Shown here one piece after another: positions 25,201-38,123 of a DNA stretch of 64,000 nt. The position numbers and the translations under genes were made by a program. How positions within the stretch are numbered: the first letter of the stretch is position 1; every line of letters begins with the position of its first letter. This DNA comes from Chiloscyllium plagiosum (Eukaryota), in NCBI RefSeq assembly GCF_004010195.1, contig NC_057717.1, forward strand, positions 105,762,719 through 105,826,718. The letters are read 5' to 3'. The notes under the pieces are model-generated. The model saw only the letters and a list, made by a program, of their open reading frames with translations, was not told the origin of the DNA and made no database searches.

Positions 25201-28200
25201 CACTTGTGAATCAGCGACACCCTGTATACTGGAACCATATTCTCAAATTACAGGAGTGACAGTGACAGTTATTTCTCAATCGTTTTTCCCAAACAAGCCA
25301 GGACCCCAAAATAAATCCCCTCACTGAATGGGAGTAGTGCAAGAGCAGTAATCAGGATCAAATATAGATCCGAGAGGGAAACTGCAAAGGCATTGATCAG
25401 AACGTAGGAAGTCTCCTTAGGTACAAAGATGATGCCAGCGGATGGGAGACCTGCCAATGTTAAACTCTTTTGGAGCAAACAGGACAAGGATAAACCCAGC
25501 AACTGCAAACCAGACAGCTTCACCTCCATAATGACAGCTTTGAAAAACCAAAAACACAGTCCAAGATTTAATTGTGACTTGGACAAATGGGGCTTAATTA
25601 AGAAAGCCAGCACACAATTGTTACAGGCAAATTGTATTTCATGAATCCACTTTTTCAATCAGGTGAAGAAGATTTACAAAGATAATGTTGATGTTGCCCA
25701 TATGGATTTCCCAAAGCCATTTGAAAAGAAGATTTTCACATGAAATGTGAGCATTTCAGGCTTGGATGGCATTTCCTGACCATTCCCAATTGCTCACCAA
25801 GGTCTGAATGAAGCACCTTGTTTAAGCGCTGTCATCTGTGGTGGGGTAGGTACACCCACAATCCTGTCAGGGATGGAGTTCCCGGATTCTGACCAAGTAA
25901 CAATCAAGGAATGGCAATCTATTTCCTAAGTGCAGATAGTGAATGGCTTGCAGGGGAACTTGTAGGTCATTATGCTCCCATTTATGTGCTGCCCTTGTCC
26001 TTCCATATGGTTAAGGGAGTCTTGTGTTTCTGCAGTGCATCTTGTAGATGGTACACTGCTGCCAGTGTGGTGGGAGTCAGCGTTTAGGTAGCGGGTGGGC
26101 TGCCAGTCAAACTGGCGGCTTTGTCCTTGATGGTGTCAAGCATCTCCAATGTTGGTGGGGCTGCATCTGTCCAGGATAGACACAACATGAAATTACCAAG
26201 GTGGCTGAGGGGCAGGAGCTGCAACATAGTGGTAACCAGTTGGTTTCAGAATGGAACCACATTTTTGACAGGATTCCCCTAGAGTTGCTTTTCTGCTTCC
26301 TCCTTTAATGACCAAGACACAGATGTCCAGGGAATAATGTTAACAATTGCAATGGACAGAGGACTTAGAAGGATTGTGAACTCCCCAGGAGGACGGTGAT
26401 GGACTTGAACATGGCCCAGAGAAGCTGATGGAATGGTAAATACATGACCGAGGCAGGTGCGGTAGTGTGAACAAGGAGAGATACTCTAAGAGGTACAATT
26501 TTAAACGGGGTGGAGGAACAGAGGTTCATGGACATACGTACAGAAACTGTCGAAGGTGGCAGGGCAAGCTGTGATTTAAGCACAGAATCCTTGAGTTGAT
26601 AAGTATAGTGGAGGGTACATAAACAAGGATATTTTGATAAACCTGGACTTAACACTTTTGATCTCAAATGTAAAATTGCGTACAACTCAGGAAGGATGAG
26701 ATGGTGTTATAGATGGGTACAGAAGACATTGACAAGAATGGCTCCTGATGAAGCTCAAGCCACTCCCTTTAGAAAAGAAAGAGTTGGCAGAACATTTGAC
26801 AGAGCTGCTTAAAACAGGACACAGCGCAGACAAAAGTGGAAATGGAGAAACTACTCCCATAGAACAATCTCACAAGGATTGGGAACAAAAGCTGATTTAA
26901 GTTGACGGACTAAAGACAAATCTACACTATAACCTGGAATACAGAGTCTGTATCTCGAGAAGGGTCCACGTTAACTGTGGCTTTTGAAAGGTAATTGACA
27001 GCTATGGGAACAAAGGACATGGATAAACCAAGGAGTTTTTACAGAGAGTCAGCATTCACACTCTTTGCCTAATAACCTTGTGCTGTTCTATGGTCATTCT
27101 GGTTCTCGGATTCTATATTTTGAATTTCAGTAGGAGCTTGGTTAATCTGAAATCGAGATTTGTTCCTTGGTTCAGCTTTCTCAAGCTCAGACACTTGAAC
27201 TTCCCAAGCAATGCAAAGCACTGGCTTCAGGTCAGCAATTATTGTCCATCTCTAAACAGTCCTGGTGTTAGTCAGCTGCCTCCTGGAGAACAACCATTTC
27301 ACACCAACAGCAAATCAGGTTCCCTCAACGCACATCTAGGCCATTCCTGCTAAGAATGACAGATTTATTATCCTGAAGGACATCATGTACCAAATGCGTC
27401 ACGTGGTAGTTAGAAGTGTGCCATTACTAAGATTAGTTTTTAAGTTCTTGATTTAACTAATTAAATTTAAAATTCCCCAACTGCCATTGTGGGATTTGAA
27501 CTCATGTCGCCGGATTTGTAATCAAGTACAGAATTACTCTGCTGCCACACCTTCATTCTCATGGCACTTACGTAACGAATACAAAAGTCAAGACAACAGT
27601 GTAACTCACTGTACCTCTTCAACTTCTAAATCAATGCACCAGATGACAAGGTAGTTGGCAGTCTCCTCACACACAAGGTGCGGGTTATCAGATAGGTACT
27701 TCTGGCTGTCATCCCAACGACTTAACATGCCTGTGAACAGACAAGCAAGAAGTTAGTCAATTTTCACCTGCTTTGATCCTGACCAAGATTCAGTTCCACC
27801 AGACCCTGCAACACCTGAGCTAATTTGTCACTATTCACACAAGCAGCTATTGCAAACTGTGCACGAGAGGAATCACTGTTCAGCTGATCTGGTCTTGATC
27901 TCAACCTCCAGAAACACACAGAAAGGACTGTCACCATCCAGACTGAATTATTTTGTTCTCACTGTCTGTGCTTGCATTAAACTAATTTGCAAAGTTTGTG
28001 GCACTTAAGTATGCAATGCCAAAATCACAAAGGCCAGAATGAATTTGGAGTCTGTGGAATGACAATCAGTAACAAATAGAGTGGAAAACGCATTAGCTGA
28101 CTTTCATATTGGAAACAACATCAACAGCAAAGAATAGCAATCACGTTGATCATTCAAAGGGAAGATGTTTAGTTGGCTGCCTTGAACTTACGAACTGGTG

Positions 28201-31200
28201 CCATGCACCAAATCCAGAATGGAAAGAAAACTAACACATTCAGAAGAGAATAAATAATCCACTAATAGCTGGGCAAATCGAGTAACCCTGGTGTTGATTC
28301 CATGGGAGAACAGCAGGCTAAGCTGGAACTGATTGATAGGAACTGAATTTATTAATCTGAGATTTCCCATCATGTGAACAGAGTATCTGTTATATCACAT
28401 GGGCTAGTCAACTCGTTAGTAAATATTATCCAGACAGCTCTGGAAAGCCCAGTTATTCATACTCTCTATTTTCACTTACCAAAGTGCTTGATCTGTTTCT
28501 CATATTTTTCAACAAATGTCTTATGTTTTTTTTCTTTGTCTTCCTCTGTTTCGACCTTGCTCGATTCTGGAGTTATATTGATAACACTCTGAGGGACAGG
28601 AAAAAGACAAAAATCAGTGCTCACATCAAGCCTAATTTTTGTCTGTTGCAGTTTGCAAACCAACATCAGGAAGTCTTTGCCTATTATAGTATAATGATAG
28701 ATACATGAGGGACATTTAAAGGAGTCTCGGATAGGGACATGGAAGATAGTACAACGACGGATATGTCGGTTAGTCTGATCTAAAAAGCTGGGACAACATC
28801 GAGGGCCGAAGGGCCTGTGCTGACCTATGTTCTTGTTCTATGTACAATGACAGACAGTAGACAGATTCACACAAAACAAAGACACTAGGTAGCTTGGTCT
28901 GGCCTAGATCGCACAGTCCTGTTAGAATAGGTCACCAGAGAGGTTCTCCCTTGTTTCCTGACCAATATTTACTCAACTATCACAAATGCGCATTAATGTT
29001 TTTGGGAACTTGCTTTAAATTAGCTGCTGTGTTTGCAACATCACAACAGTGTTTTCTTCTCCAAGTAACCAACTCACAAGTGCTTGTCTACACTGGAAAT
29101 GCTTCATGGGATAACAACACAGAACATCCAGGGCAGGAATTAAGTACCATCACCATCAGTGGACAGGCAGAATTAAACAAACTCAAGGAGGCCGAAGGCA
29201 GGTAGGTCCCCTGGCCCTGATGGCTTGCACTCTTGGATCCAAAAGGCAGTAGTGACAGAGATTGGGGATGTTTTGGGTGTAATCTTCCAGAAATGCTTGG
29301 ATCCTGGACAAGTATTACAAGTTTGGAAAACTGCTGTAGTGACATGTCTACTCAAAATGCCAGGGAGGCAAAAAGCAGGTAACTGGATGATTAGCCTCAT
29401 GTCTACAGTCGAAGAAACACTGGAATCAAATACTGCACCAAATATTTGGAAAATCATAATCTAATCAAGTAAACTCACTGTGGTTTCATGAAAGGGAAGG
29501 TGTTTCTGGCTGATTCATAAAAGCTTTTTTGAGGAATTCTCAACCAGAGTAGATATAGAGGAAGCATTTGACGTGCTGTATTTGGACTTTCAGAAGTTGT
29601 TCAAAGTTAAGACAGAGGTTAAGACCCCACAGTCTTCGAGGTAATGTACTGGCATGGAGGGAGAAATGGCTAATGATCAGGAAACAGCAAGTCCAGAAAA
29701 GGGGTCCTTTTTAAGGTTCTAGGAGAAAGTGAGGACTGCAGATGCTGGAGATCAGGGCTGAAAATATGTTGCTGGAAAAGCGCAGCAGGTCAGGCAGCAT
29801 CCAAGGAGCAGGAGCAGGAGAATCGACGTTTCGGGCATGTGCCCTTCATCCTGAAGAAGGGCTCATGCCCGAAACGTCGATTCTCCTGCTCCTTGGATGC
29901 TGCCTGACCCACTGCGCTTTTCCAGCAACACATTTTCAGCTCCTTTTTAAGGTTGGCTACCTATAACCAGTGGGGTTCCAGAGGGATCAGTGCTGAGGTC
30001 ACAGCTATTTACAATATTTGATTTAAAAATATACTTGTAGGATAGGAGTAAATGTACTGTAGCCAAATTTGCAGATGACAAAAATATGCAGAAAGACAAG
30101 TTACAAGAAGGATGCAAACAGTTTAGAGACAGATATGGTTGGTTACGTAAGGCGGCAAAAAATTATCTTCATTGAGTACAATCTGGGAAAATATCAAGTT
30201 CTTCATTGTGGATGGGACAAAAGAACAGAACATCGCTTCAGAGGTCAAATTGCAACACAAAGGGACTGGGGGATACTTGCACATGAAACACAAAGCTAGC
30301 ACACAGGCGCAGCAGGTCATCAGGCAGGGTAATGGAATACTAGCTCTTATTTCAAGAGGATTGGAGTTGAAGAGTAGGGAGACCTTACATGCAAAGGATT
30401 CCTGTTGCACAGTGATCGCACCCATACCTCTGAGCCAGAAGGTCTAGTTTCAAGACCCTCCTGCTGTAGAGATGGTAATGTCGATGAGAAAACAAAATCT
30501 GACTGCAACTTTACAAAGGTGAGACCACATCCGGAGTACAGAGAAACTTTACTCACCTCATTTGAGGAAAACTATATTTCATTGGAGAAGCTTGACTACA
30601 ATGCTTCCTGCTGTTGAATGATTGTCTGAGGAGGAAAGGTTAAGCAGGTTGGGACTCTACTCATTGGAGAGAAGGAGGAGAGCTGATCTTATGGAAACAG
30701 AGGACAGGAGCAGAAGCTCTCTGGCCTGCTTCGTGATCCAATACAATCATGGCTGAACAACCGAGCTCAATCCTCTCATTCTGCCCTCCCACCAATCTCA
30801 CCAAGACATGTCAGATCCTTATGGGGTTTGACATGGTAAATGCTGAGGATGTTTTGTCTCATGGGGAAGTCTAGGACCAAACAGCACTGTCTAAGAATGA
30901 AGGGGCACCAATTAGAGTGAAATGAAGAGGAATTTTTCTCAAGGTGGAGACACTTTGGAACTCACTGCCAGAGAGCACTGTAGGGGTAGAGTGCCCATGC
31001 ATATTACAAAGATTCCTGATCATTCTGTGGGGGCAGGAATATGAAGGGGGGGAAATCAGCCATGCTCCTATTGAATGGCATTGGTGGCTAGATGGGACGA
31101 ACAGCCTACTCCTATTTCTTACAGCTTCAGATTTCAACCTGACCAACCTTGCTGAATCCCTCTTTACTCAGTGTATCTACATTCCAGGGCATTGCTTTTT

Positions 31201-31429
31201 CTTTCTTCTTCAGCGATGTCCCTTTCTTATCCCATTCCTTCTCCTCCTTTTTCAGTTGTTTGAGTTCAGATTGTAACTTTTCAATCTCTTTCTTTGCATC
31301 ATCTGTTTCCAGCAGCTGCAAATCCTTCAACTTCTTCTGGCACTCACTGAGTTTACGCTTACAATCCCCGCATGCCTTCTCATATTCCTCTCGCTCTTTC
31401 TGCGCTTCCTCCATCCGCTCAATCCGAGC
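19139..31429 (-). CDS. CDC37: Hsp90 co-chaperone Cdc37, span of exons 2-8 (exon 1 missing)
   Basis: Seven GT-AG exons join in frame to give ARIERMEE...MPWNVDTLSKEGFSK...KRLGPGGLDPVEVYENLP...KYHMQRCIDSGLWIPN; internal exons of 282/109/116/123/183/72 nt. Confidence 0.97.
19350..20063 (+). mobile_element. CR1 3' fragment with internal deletion, in CDC37 last intron
   Basis: Closely similar to the 42497-43460 copy. Confidence 0.92.
21026..21097 (-). CDS. CDC37: CDC37 exon 7
   Basis: cag|EMKNCFDSKDIQLLQDVISKMDPT|gtgag; 72 nt. Confidence 0.95.
21986..22168 (-). CDS. CDC37: CDC37 exon 6
   Basis: cag|TADKQYIEAFNDEL...VYENLPD|gtgag; 183 nt. Confidence 0.97.
22430..22722 (+). mobile_element. SINE remnant with L2-like tail
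   Basis: GGAAATCTACTATCCTTACCTGATCTGACCTACATGTGA...GGATGGGCAATAAAT; related copy at about 36420-36845. Confidence 0.6.
23691..23813 (-). CDS. CDC37: CDC37 exon 5
   Basis: cag|KHALMEQVAHQTIVMQFILELAKSLKVDPRACFRQFFTKIK|gtatg; 123 nt. Confidence 0.97.
24000..24500 (+). mobile_element. Possible solo LTR in CDC37 intron 4
   Basis: LTR-like composition with AATAAA at about 24402; boundaries uncertain. Confidence 0.3.
25400..27070 (+). mobile_element. Highly degenerate CR1 with nested L2/SINE remnant
   Basis: KDKPSNCKPDSFTSI and ATGGATTTCCCAAAGCCATTTGA are RT remnants; inverted L2-like segment at about 25750-26170. Confidence 0.55.
27615..27730 (-). CDS. CDC37: CDC37 exon 4
   Basis: cag|(G)MLSRWDDSQKYLSDNPHLVCEETANYLVIWCIDLEVEE|gtac; 116 nt. 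Confidence 0.97.
28480..28588 (-). CDS. CDC37: CDC37 exon 3
   Basis: cag|SVINITPE...KHKTFVEKYEKQIKHF(G)|gtaag; 109 nt. Confidence 0.97.
29170..31120 (+). mobile_element. Degenerate CR1 ORF2 fragment with nested insertions
   Basis: IFQKCLDPGQV...WKTAVV, YLDFQK, GVPEGSVL and KFADDK motifs; CR1 tail at about 31100. Confidence 0.8.
29719..29940. mobile_element. Penelope-derived fold-back element with 14-bp TSD
   Basis: TSD TCCTTTTTAAGGTT at 29705-29718 and 29941-29954; long inverted arms; related partial copies at about 36470-36580 and 47090-47170. Confidence 0.8.
31148..31429 (-). CDS. CDC37: CDC37 exon 2
   Basis: tttcag|ARIERMEEAQ...MPWNVDTLSKEGFSK|gttgg; 282 nt. Confidence 0.97.
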
Positions 31430-32537
31430 CTGAAACAAGCAAGTACGGGTTCTTTAAGTAATTTTAAAAACCAAAACTATTTGCAACAAAAGGATATGGT
31501 GCAGCATTGTACAACATATAAAGTATATGAATATTTATTCAAATAACAGTATTATTGTGATGCATACAATTACTCAAATTCACAGTACAGCTGTACATGA
31601 TACAACATGGAATCACTGCTACAAATCCAGGCCCAAATCAAGGACAGAGACAGAGACAATACACTGTCACATTCTTGGGTCATTTGGTCATTAAAGCAGG
31701 ATTTGTTTGCCTCAGGCTTCACAGACACCTGACAGTCCAAAAATGGTTTTTTTTGTAAGTGAGTAAATTACAGCAAACGTGCAGATACTTTGCTTCTGCC
31801 AAAAATCAGAAGTTATGAGACCAATCATTATTTCAGAATGCATCAATACATTTGCACTACAGTGCAGTCTGAAGCAATGATCTGTTTCCCGAGATGTGGA
31901 TATTAAAATGAAGCAAGAAAGCCCTGTTCAGGTGAATACTTGGACTCTCACACCAGGACTGGGACAGAAAACAAAAATGGTCAACCTACATGCAATTCAC
32001 TCGATTGCTCTTGTGGGAAATCTGCTATTGCAAATTAACTTGCATATTTCTGTTCTTGTGTTATACAAATAACTCTCAAGCAACCGAACTCTTTACACAG
32101 TTTGCACAGAGCTCCAAATATTATCATACACAACACATTTGGAGAAAACACAAAGTGTTCCATAGGGTGGGTGGACAGAGAAATTCACATCTCAACAACA
32201 ATTTCACTAGAATCAGAGTGGCAGCTTCAGTTTATCTGCAGTATGCTCAGCACAAAATTATTAGAGTATTATTCTATAAGAAATAGTTCCCAATTTCAAC
32301 AGTTAAAAATCAAAACACCAGGTTATCGTCCAACAGGTTGATTTGGAAGCACTGGCTTTCAGAGTGTTGCTCCTGCATCTGGTAGTTGTGGGTCGACTTG
32401 AGTGGGTTCGTGATCGGTAATCCTTTTGGGATCTTTGCTACATTTCTGTAGAAACTGGATGCCTGTGTTGATATGTGCAACCTTCTTGGAGATTCTCTCC
32501 ACTTTGAGCTAGCAGTTAGTGGTGTCAATGGTAATCA

Positions 32538-32778
32538 TGATTTGGAGGTGCCAGTGTTGGACTGGGGTGGACAAAGCTCAAAATCAGAACACCAGGTTAG
32601 AGTCTAACAGGTTTATTTGGAAGCACTAGCTTACAGAGCGCTGCTCCTTCACAACCACCTGATGAAGGAGCAGCGCTCTGAAAGCTAGTGCTTCCAAATA
32701 AACCTGTTGGACTCTAACCTGGTGTCGTGTAATTTTGAACTTTGTCCACCCCAGTCCAACACCGGCGTCTCCAAATCA
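32538..32778. mobile_element. About 240-bp near-perfect palindromic Penelope-derived element
   Basis: TGATTTGGAG...CTCCAAATCA with arms of about 114 bp; extra partial arm at about 32310-32375. Confidence 0.85.
32656..32690 (+). ncRNA. Minimal hammerhead ribozyme motif
   Basis: CAC-CTGATGA-A-GGAGC-AGC-GCTCT-GAAA-GC-TA-GTG. Confidence 0.6.
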
Positions 32779-35589
32779 ATTTAAACAATTTCCCTGCTTC
32801 CACCCCAGCTGAGAATGCCCCCTCAAGTCTCAAATCAAGACTCAAGGTTCTGTAGCCAAGCGTATAGTGAACATGATGTTACCAAAGAGCGATGGGGAAA
32901 GAGGCTTCCTTACCTTATAAACAATTCTGTAACCACAATATGCAAATACATACCAGATGAATATAACAGCAGAGAAGCTGACAGTTTGGAGGAACTGTGC
33001 AATAACTGATAAGCTCTGAACTACACAGACATCCTCTTGACGAGCCCAAATACCCTGCTCCATCTCTGTACAGATTGTTTTTCAATTTTAAGTTCAAGGA
33101 ATCATCTCTCAAAGCTTTGAAATGGCCTAATTCAGTCTACTGCTGGGATGTAGACATGACACTATTCTGAGATTCTATATCCAGTGGATACAACACACAA
33201 CAGCAAAGCCTTATTGCTGAATGTGATAGATATAGTAACAGCTGGAGAGCAAATAATCCCAAATACTGATCTGAATGGTTCAGCATGACACGGCACAGTT
33301 GACAAATCCACTTAGGAAAGGAACTCTATAAAACACCACTCATACATTGGACTCAAATGGTCCTGTGTCATGGCACTGCCGCATTGAAAACATCACCATG
33401 CTTGAATAAATACTGAACAGAAACAAGTTGATAAAAATGAACACACCGACACTTCGACTCTAGTTTATGAAATTGCTTTTCCATTGTCACTTTCTTAAAG
33501 TTTTCATCAAACTGGCTGTTTTGCCACTGTCATCTAATGAACAGATTAATTCTGAGCAGGACTAGGCAACTCAGTCATGGGCAACATTGTCACCTTGACT
33601 GAGATTAGCTTATTTAAAATTGCCAAATTTTCAGAATTGATTTTAAACACCACCAACTGCCATAGCGGGATTTGCATTGATGTCCCCAAAGCATTAGCCT
33701 GGGCCTCTGAACTATTAGCCTAGTGACATTACAATTATCCCACTACCTCACTGAAACAAGTCATCACAAGAACCACAAACTCATGTTGCTTGCTTTACAA
33801 CTGTCATACTTAGGGCTTTGAGCAAAGTGGATTGTGTGTCTCACTCCACTATCTCATCCTGTGTTCAAGTGCTGAAACACAGATCAGAGCAAATACTTGC
33901 AAAACTAGAAACATGGCTGTCATTGGTCTGTAAACAATAACATACAAAACAAACTCCCATTCCAGTCAACATCACACAACATCAGGATCAATGACATTTG
34001 GTAAACTCCCTTGGAAGCTCTCCTTGAAGTACAACAGCAAGAACATGGCTGACTAGGAGGAGCTTACTACCAATCATACAAAATGGCACCCAATACCTGC
34101 CCCTCAAGCTGTATCATGATTCAAGTCACAACATCACAATTAAGAAGCAGGGAAGAGAAAAATAAACCCTACAATTCAGAATCTACTGCCCTGTGGGACA
34201 TCCTGCCCCATGTGCCCAAACATCTATATTGAGATTCAGCCCATTCACGTGAAGCAACTTGTGAGAAATGCCATCCTCAAATCAAGAAAACCAGTCGATG
34301 ACAACAATTCTTTTCCCCATTTTCCCTGAGACACGACAGATTGCATTATTTCCTGAGTCATATGGTTGGACATGACTGCCACAAAGCAGCTTTCCTTTCA
34401 TTTACCCATTCATAGAAGTCCTCTCCCTTGATCTGCTGCAAGTGTTGATGGGATACGACCGCCTGCCATTCAGACATCATTTACAACAAAGAGTGTAGAG
34501 GAGAGAGGGGCAGCTCCTGCAGGAGTGGATCCATTTTTATTCGAAGGAAAGGTCACTGGACCAAAACATGAACATTGATTTCTCTTCACAGACACTAACA
34601 CACCCTGAGATTTTCCAGCTCCTTCTGTGTTTGTTTCTGGTTTCTAGCAACTGCAGTTCTTTGTTTTTAAAAAGATTTTTTTAATGATGGTTTGTATGAT
34701 TCAGTTAGGTGCCAACTACATCGCTATGGGTCTGCAGTCACACTTAGTGGTGCTTCGTCCTTCGAAGAGCATGATTTTGTTAGATGGGTTTTTACAACAA
34801 TTGAAAATGCCATGGTTACTATGAGGTTATCTTTCTAATTCCAGAGTTCAAGATTTCACCATCTGCCATAGGAATTTGAACCTCCAGAACATTAGCTTCG
34901 GGGTCTGGATTATTAGACCAGTGACATGGCCACCTTACTAGTAATCATTGCTGTACAATGATCAAAACCTCAGATTCAAGAGTGACCAATCTCTGCTTGC
35001 CAGGGCTTTCCATTAATGGGCCAATCGGAGGCCGGCTTCCTTTCTAGGGTCTGTGATTCAATTGTTCAGAATGGTCCTTGCAGTCCACTGAGGTCACTAT
35101 TATTCAGCTTGCCCACGTCAGATCACTTCTTCAGTTCTGGCATAACCTGAACACATTCAGCAACTTTAGTATACCTGAAGCTTTTGTTCAATCAGCTATC
35201 CACTGAAACTCAGACCTAATGAAACCAAGCATGTCCAACTGAAATAAATGTACACAAGATATCAAAATAAACTGTGCCCACATACTTATCTGTAGCGTCA
35301 CTAGGAAGCTCTGAAGCAGGGATTTCTGCTCAGGAGATTAACCATGGAAAAAAGAACACGAAAAAGTGTATAAAACAACCAAGTATGCTGCTAATGTAGT
35401 TACAATATTGCACTAGCAACACAAAACCACAATTTCAATCATTCTAGAAAATTGTGACAACAGAAGGGTGCTAACTGATGTTAAAAAGGCATTCAGAGTT
35501 AAAAACCACAGCACTATATCTTCCAGGAACCAGACTAGGAAGTAGTAACTTTTTCAAGGGATTAGAGAACAACAAACGAAGAACTCCTC

Positions 35590-36430
35590 GGATCACAAGA
35601 TACAGGAACAGACCAAGGTCATTCAGCCCCATCAAGTCATTGCTAATATGCTTCTCAACATCTTTCTCTTGTCTTCTCCCTGTAACCTTTCATCCCCTGA
35701 CTAATCAAAAGCTCTGACTTAAATACACAATGACTTGGCCTCTACAGCCGAAGCAGAATCAAGTTCCACAGATTCACCACCCTCTGGCTGAAGACATTCC
35801 TCATCTCAATCTTTCACCAAGGCTGTGCCCTCGGATCCTAGTCTTTGTTACATGGTAACATCTTCTCCATGTCCACTTCTTTGAGGGTTCTTAATGTTCA
35901 AGAAGTTTCAACAAGATGCCCTCCTCATCTTTCTAAACGCCATCATATACACAGACAGAGTCGTCAACTGCTGCTCATATATGGTAAGCCTGTCAGCCCT
36001 AGGATCACTCTTCTGAACCACCTCTGGACCCCCTACAATGCCAACATATCCTTCCTTGTTATAGAGCCCATAATTGCTCACAATACGTCAAATATGGTCT
36101 TGTACATCCTCAAAAGTCCACATGCATCCTCATACACGAGCCCTCTTGCAATGAGTGCAAACATTGCATTTGCCTTGCTAACTGCAAAACAAACCTCCAT
36201 GTCGACCTTAAGAGAATCCTGAACTAGGATGCCTACATCCCTTCGTGCTTCAGATTTTAGAAAATAGTCATCCCCTCTATTCTTCCTACCAAAGTGCATA
36301 ACCTCCCATGTTGCATTTCACCTGCCACTTGGTTGCCCACTCACCTAGGTTGTTCTGCAGCCTACCCAACTCCTCAATGCTATCTTCCCCAGCTATTTTT
36401 TCATCACCTGCACAATGGTAAACAATAGCC
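35590..36430 (-). mobile_element. CR1 3' fragment
   Basis: ORF MHFGRKN...RDVGILVQDSLKV...KANAMFALIARG. Confidence 0.85.
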
Positions 36431-37131
36431 ATGTGGTATCATCACTAGACTATTAATGCAGACAAGAGATAGTAAGGAGTGCAGATACTGGAGATCAGAG
36501 TTGAGAGTGTGGTGCGGGAAAAGCACAGCAGGTCAGGCAGTATCTGAGGAGGAGAATCAGCATTTTAGGCATAAGCCCTTCTTGTGGAGGCCCAGGTTTG
36601 AATCCTGTCACAACAGATGGTGGAATTTGAGTTCAATAAAAATCTGGAATTAAGAGTAGAGTGAAGATCATGAAGCTATCGTCAACTGTCAGAAAAAACC
36701 CACCTTGTTCACTCCTGTCATTCAGGGAAGGAAACTGACAGCCTTACCTGGGGTGGACTATGAATGACTCTGACCCACACTTAACTGCTCTGTGAGCAAT
36801 GAGGGATGGGCAATAAATACGGTCCTACCGCATCCCACAAATAAATTAAACAAAAAAAAACCAACGATACCCTAAAGTTTCTGCATGAGCTGTAGATGAA
36901 TGGTTTGCCCCAACACTGACCAGTGAGGAACTCCCCTACTCTCGGGCTGCTGTCCTGAGAAGACGCCCAGCACCTCCCCCCACCTCCCTACCTGTGAGCC
37001 AATCCTCCACCCAGGCCCTTACACCATGGGTGCGTCCTAAGCAGTGTCCTGTACAACAGCTTCCCTAAGGCCGTGGGGAAACCCACATGGAGCAGGTCAA
37101 CTGGGGAGGGGGGGCATTAGCAAGGAAGCAG

Positions 37132-37631
37132 NNNNNNNNNNNNNNNNNNNNNNNNNNNNNNNNNNNNNNNNNNNNNNNNNNNNNNNNNNNNNNNNNNNNN
37201 NNNNNNNNNNNNNNNNNNNNNNNNNNNNNNNNNNNNNNNNNNNNNNNNNNNNNNNNNNNNNNNNNNNNNNNNNNNNNNNNNNNNNNNNNNNNNNNNNNNN
37301 NNNNNNNNNNNNNNNNNNNNNNNNNNNNNNNNNNNNNNNNNNNNNNNNNNNNNNNNNNNNNNNNNNNNNNNNNNNNNNNNNNNNNNNNNNNNNNNNNNNN
37401 NNNNNNNNNNNNNNNNNNNNNNNNNNNNNNNNNNNNNNNNNNNNNNNNNNNNNNNNNNNNNNNNNNNNNNNNNNNNNNNNNNNNNNNNNNNNNNNNNNNN
37501 NNNNNNNNNNNNNNNNNNNNNNNNNNNNNNNNNNNNNNNNNNNNNNNNNNNNNNNNNNNNNNNNNNNNNNNNNNNNNNNNNNNNNNNNNNNNNNNNNNNN
37601 NNNNNNNNNNNNNNNNNNNNNNNNNNNNNNN
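37132..37631. other. Assembly gap (500 N)
   Basis: Run of N. Confidence 1.
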
Positions 37632-38050
37632 ATAGGTTCTTGAGTATCAAGGGGATCAAGAGTATACGGGGAGAAGGTGGAAGAATGGGGTTCAGAAACT
37701 TATCAGCCAGGATTGAATGGTGGAGCAGACGCAATGGGCTGAATGGCCTAATTTCCACTCCTATGTCTTACAGCCTTATAAGTGGAAGCATCTATACAAA
37801 TAGACTGGAGGCTGTTATAATCTGTTCCCGCTCCAGTTTATAATCTTCAAAACCAAAACCAGCAATATTCATACCAGCCCATTACAATCCAACCTGGTGA
37901 TAAACTACTCAAACACAGGGTGGGGTTAGAAGAGAGGTGGAAGCAGTGGTGGTTTAAGAACGAGAAAGCACAAACAATGCTGTAGCAAGCTCGTTTACAA
38001 AGAGAAATTAACCTTACACTTAGCACGAGCACAAGGGCGCAAGCTTACCG

Positions 38051-38117
38051 CAGAGAGCGCGACGCGCAGACAGAGAGCGCGACGCGCAGACAGAGAGCGC
38101 GACGCGCAGACAGAGAG
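38051..38117. repeat. 20-bp CpG-rich tandem repeat, about 3.3 copies
   Basis: Unit CAGAGAGCGCGACGCGCAGA. Confidence 0.95.
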
Positions 38118-38123
38118 AGGCAC

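Noticed and set aside
37044..37758. Long ORFs across the N run
   Set aside because: Artefacts of translating N.
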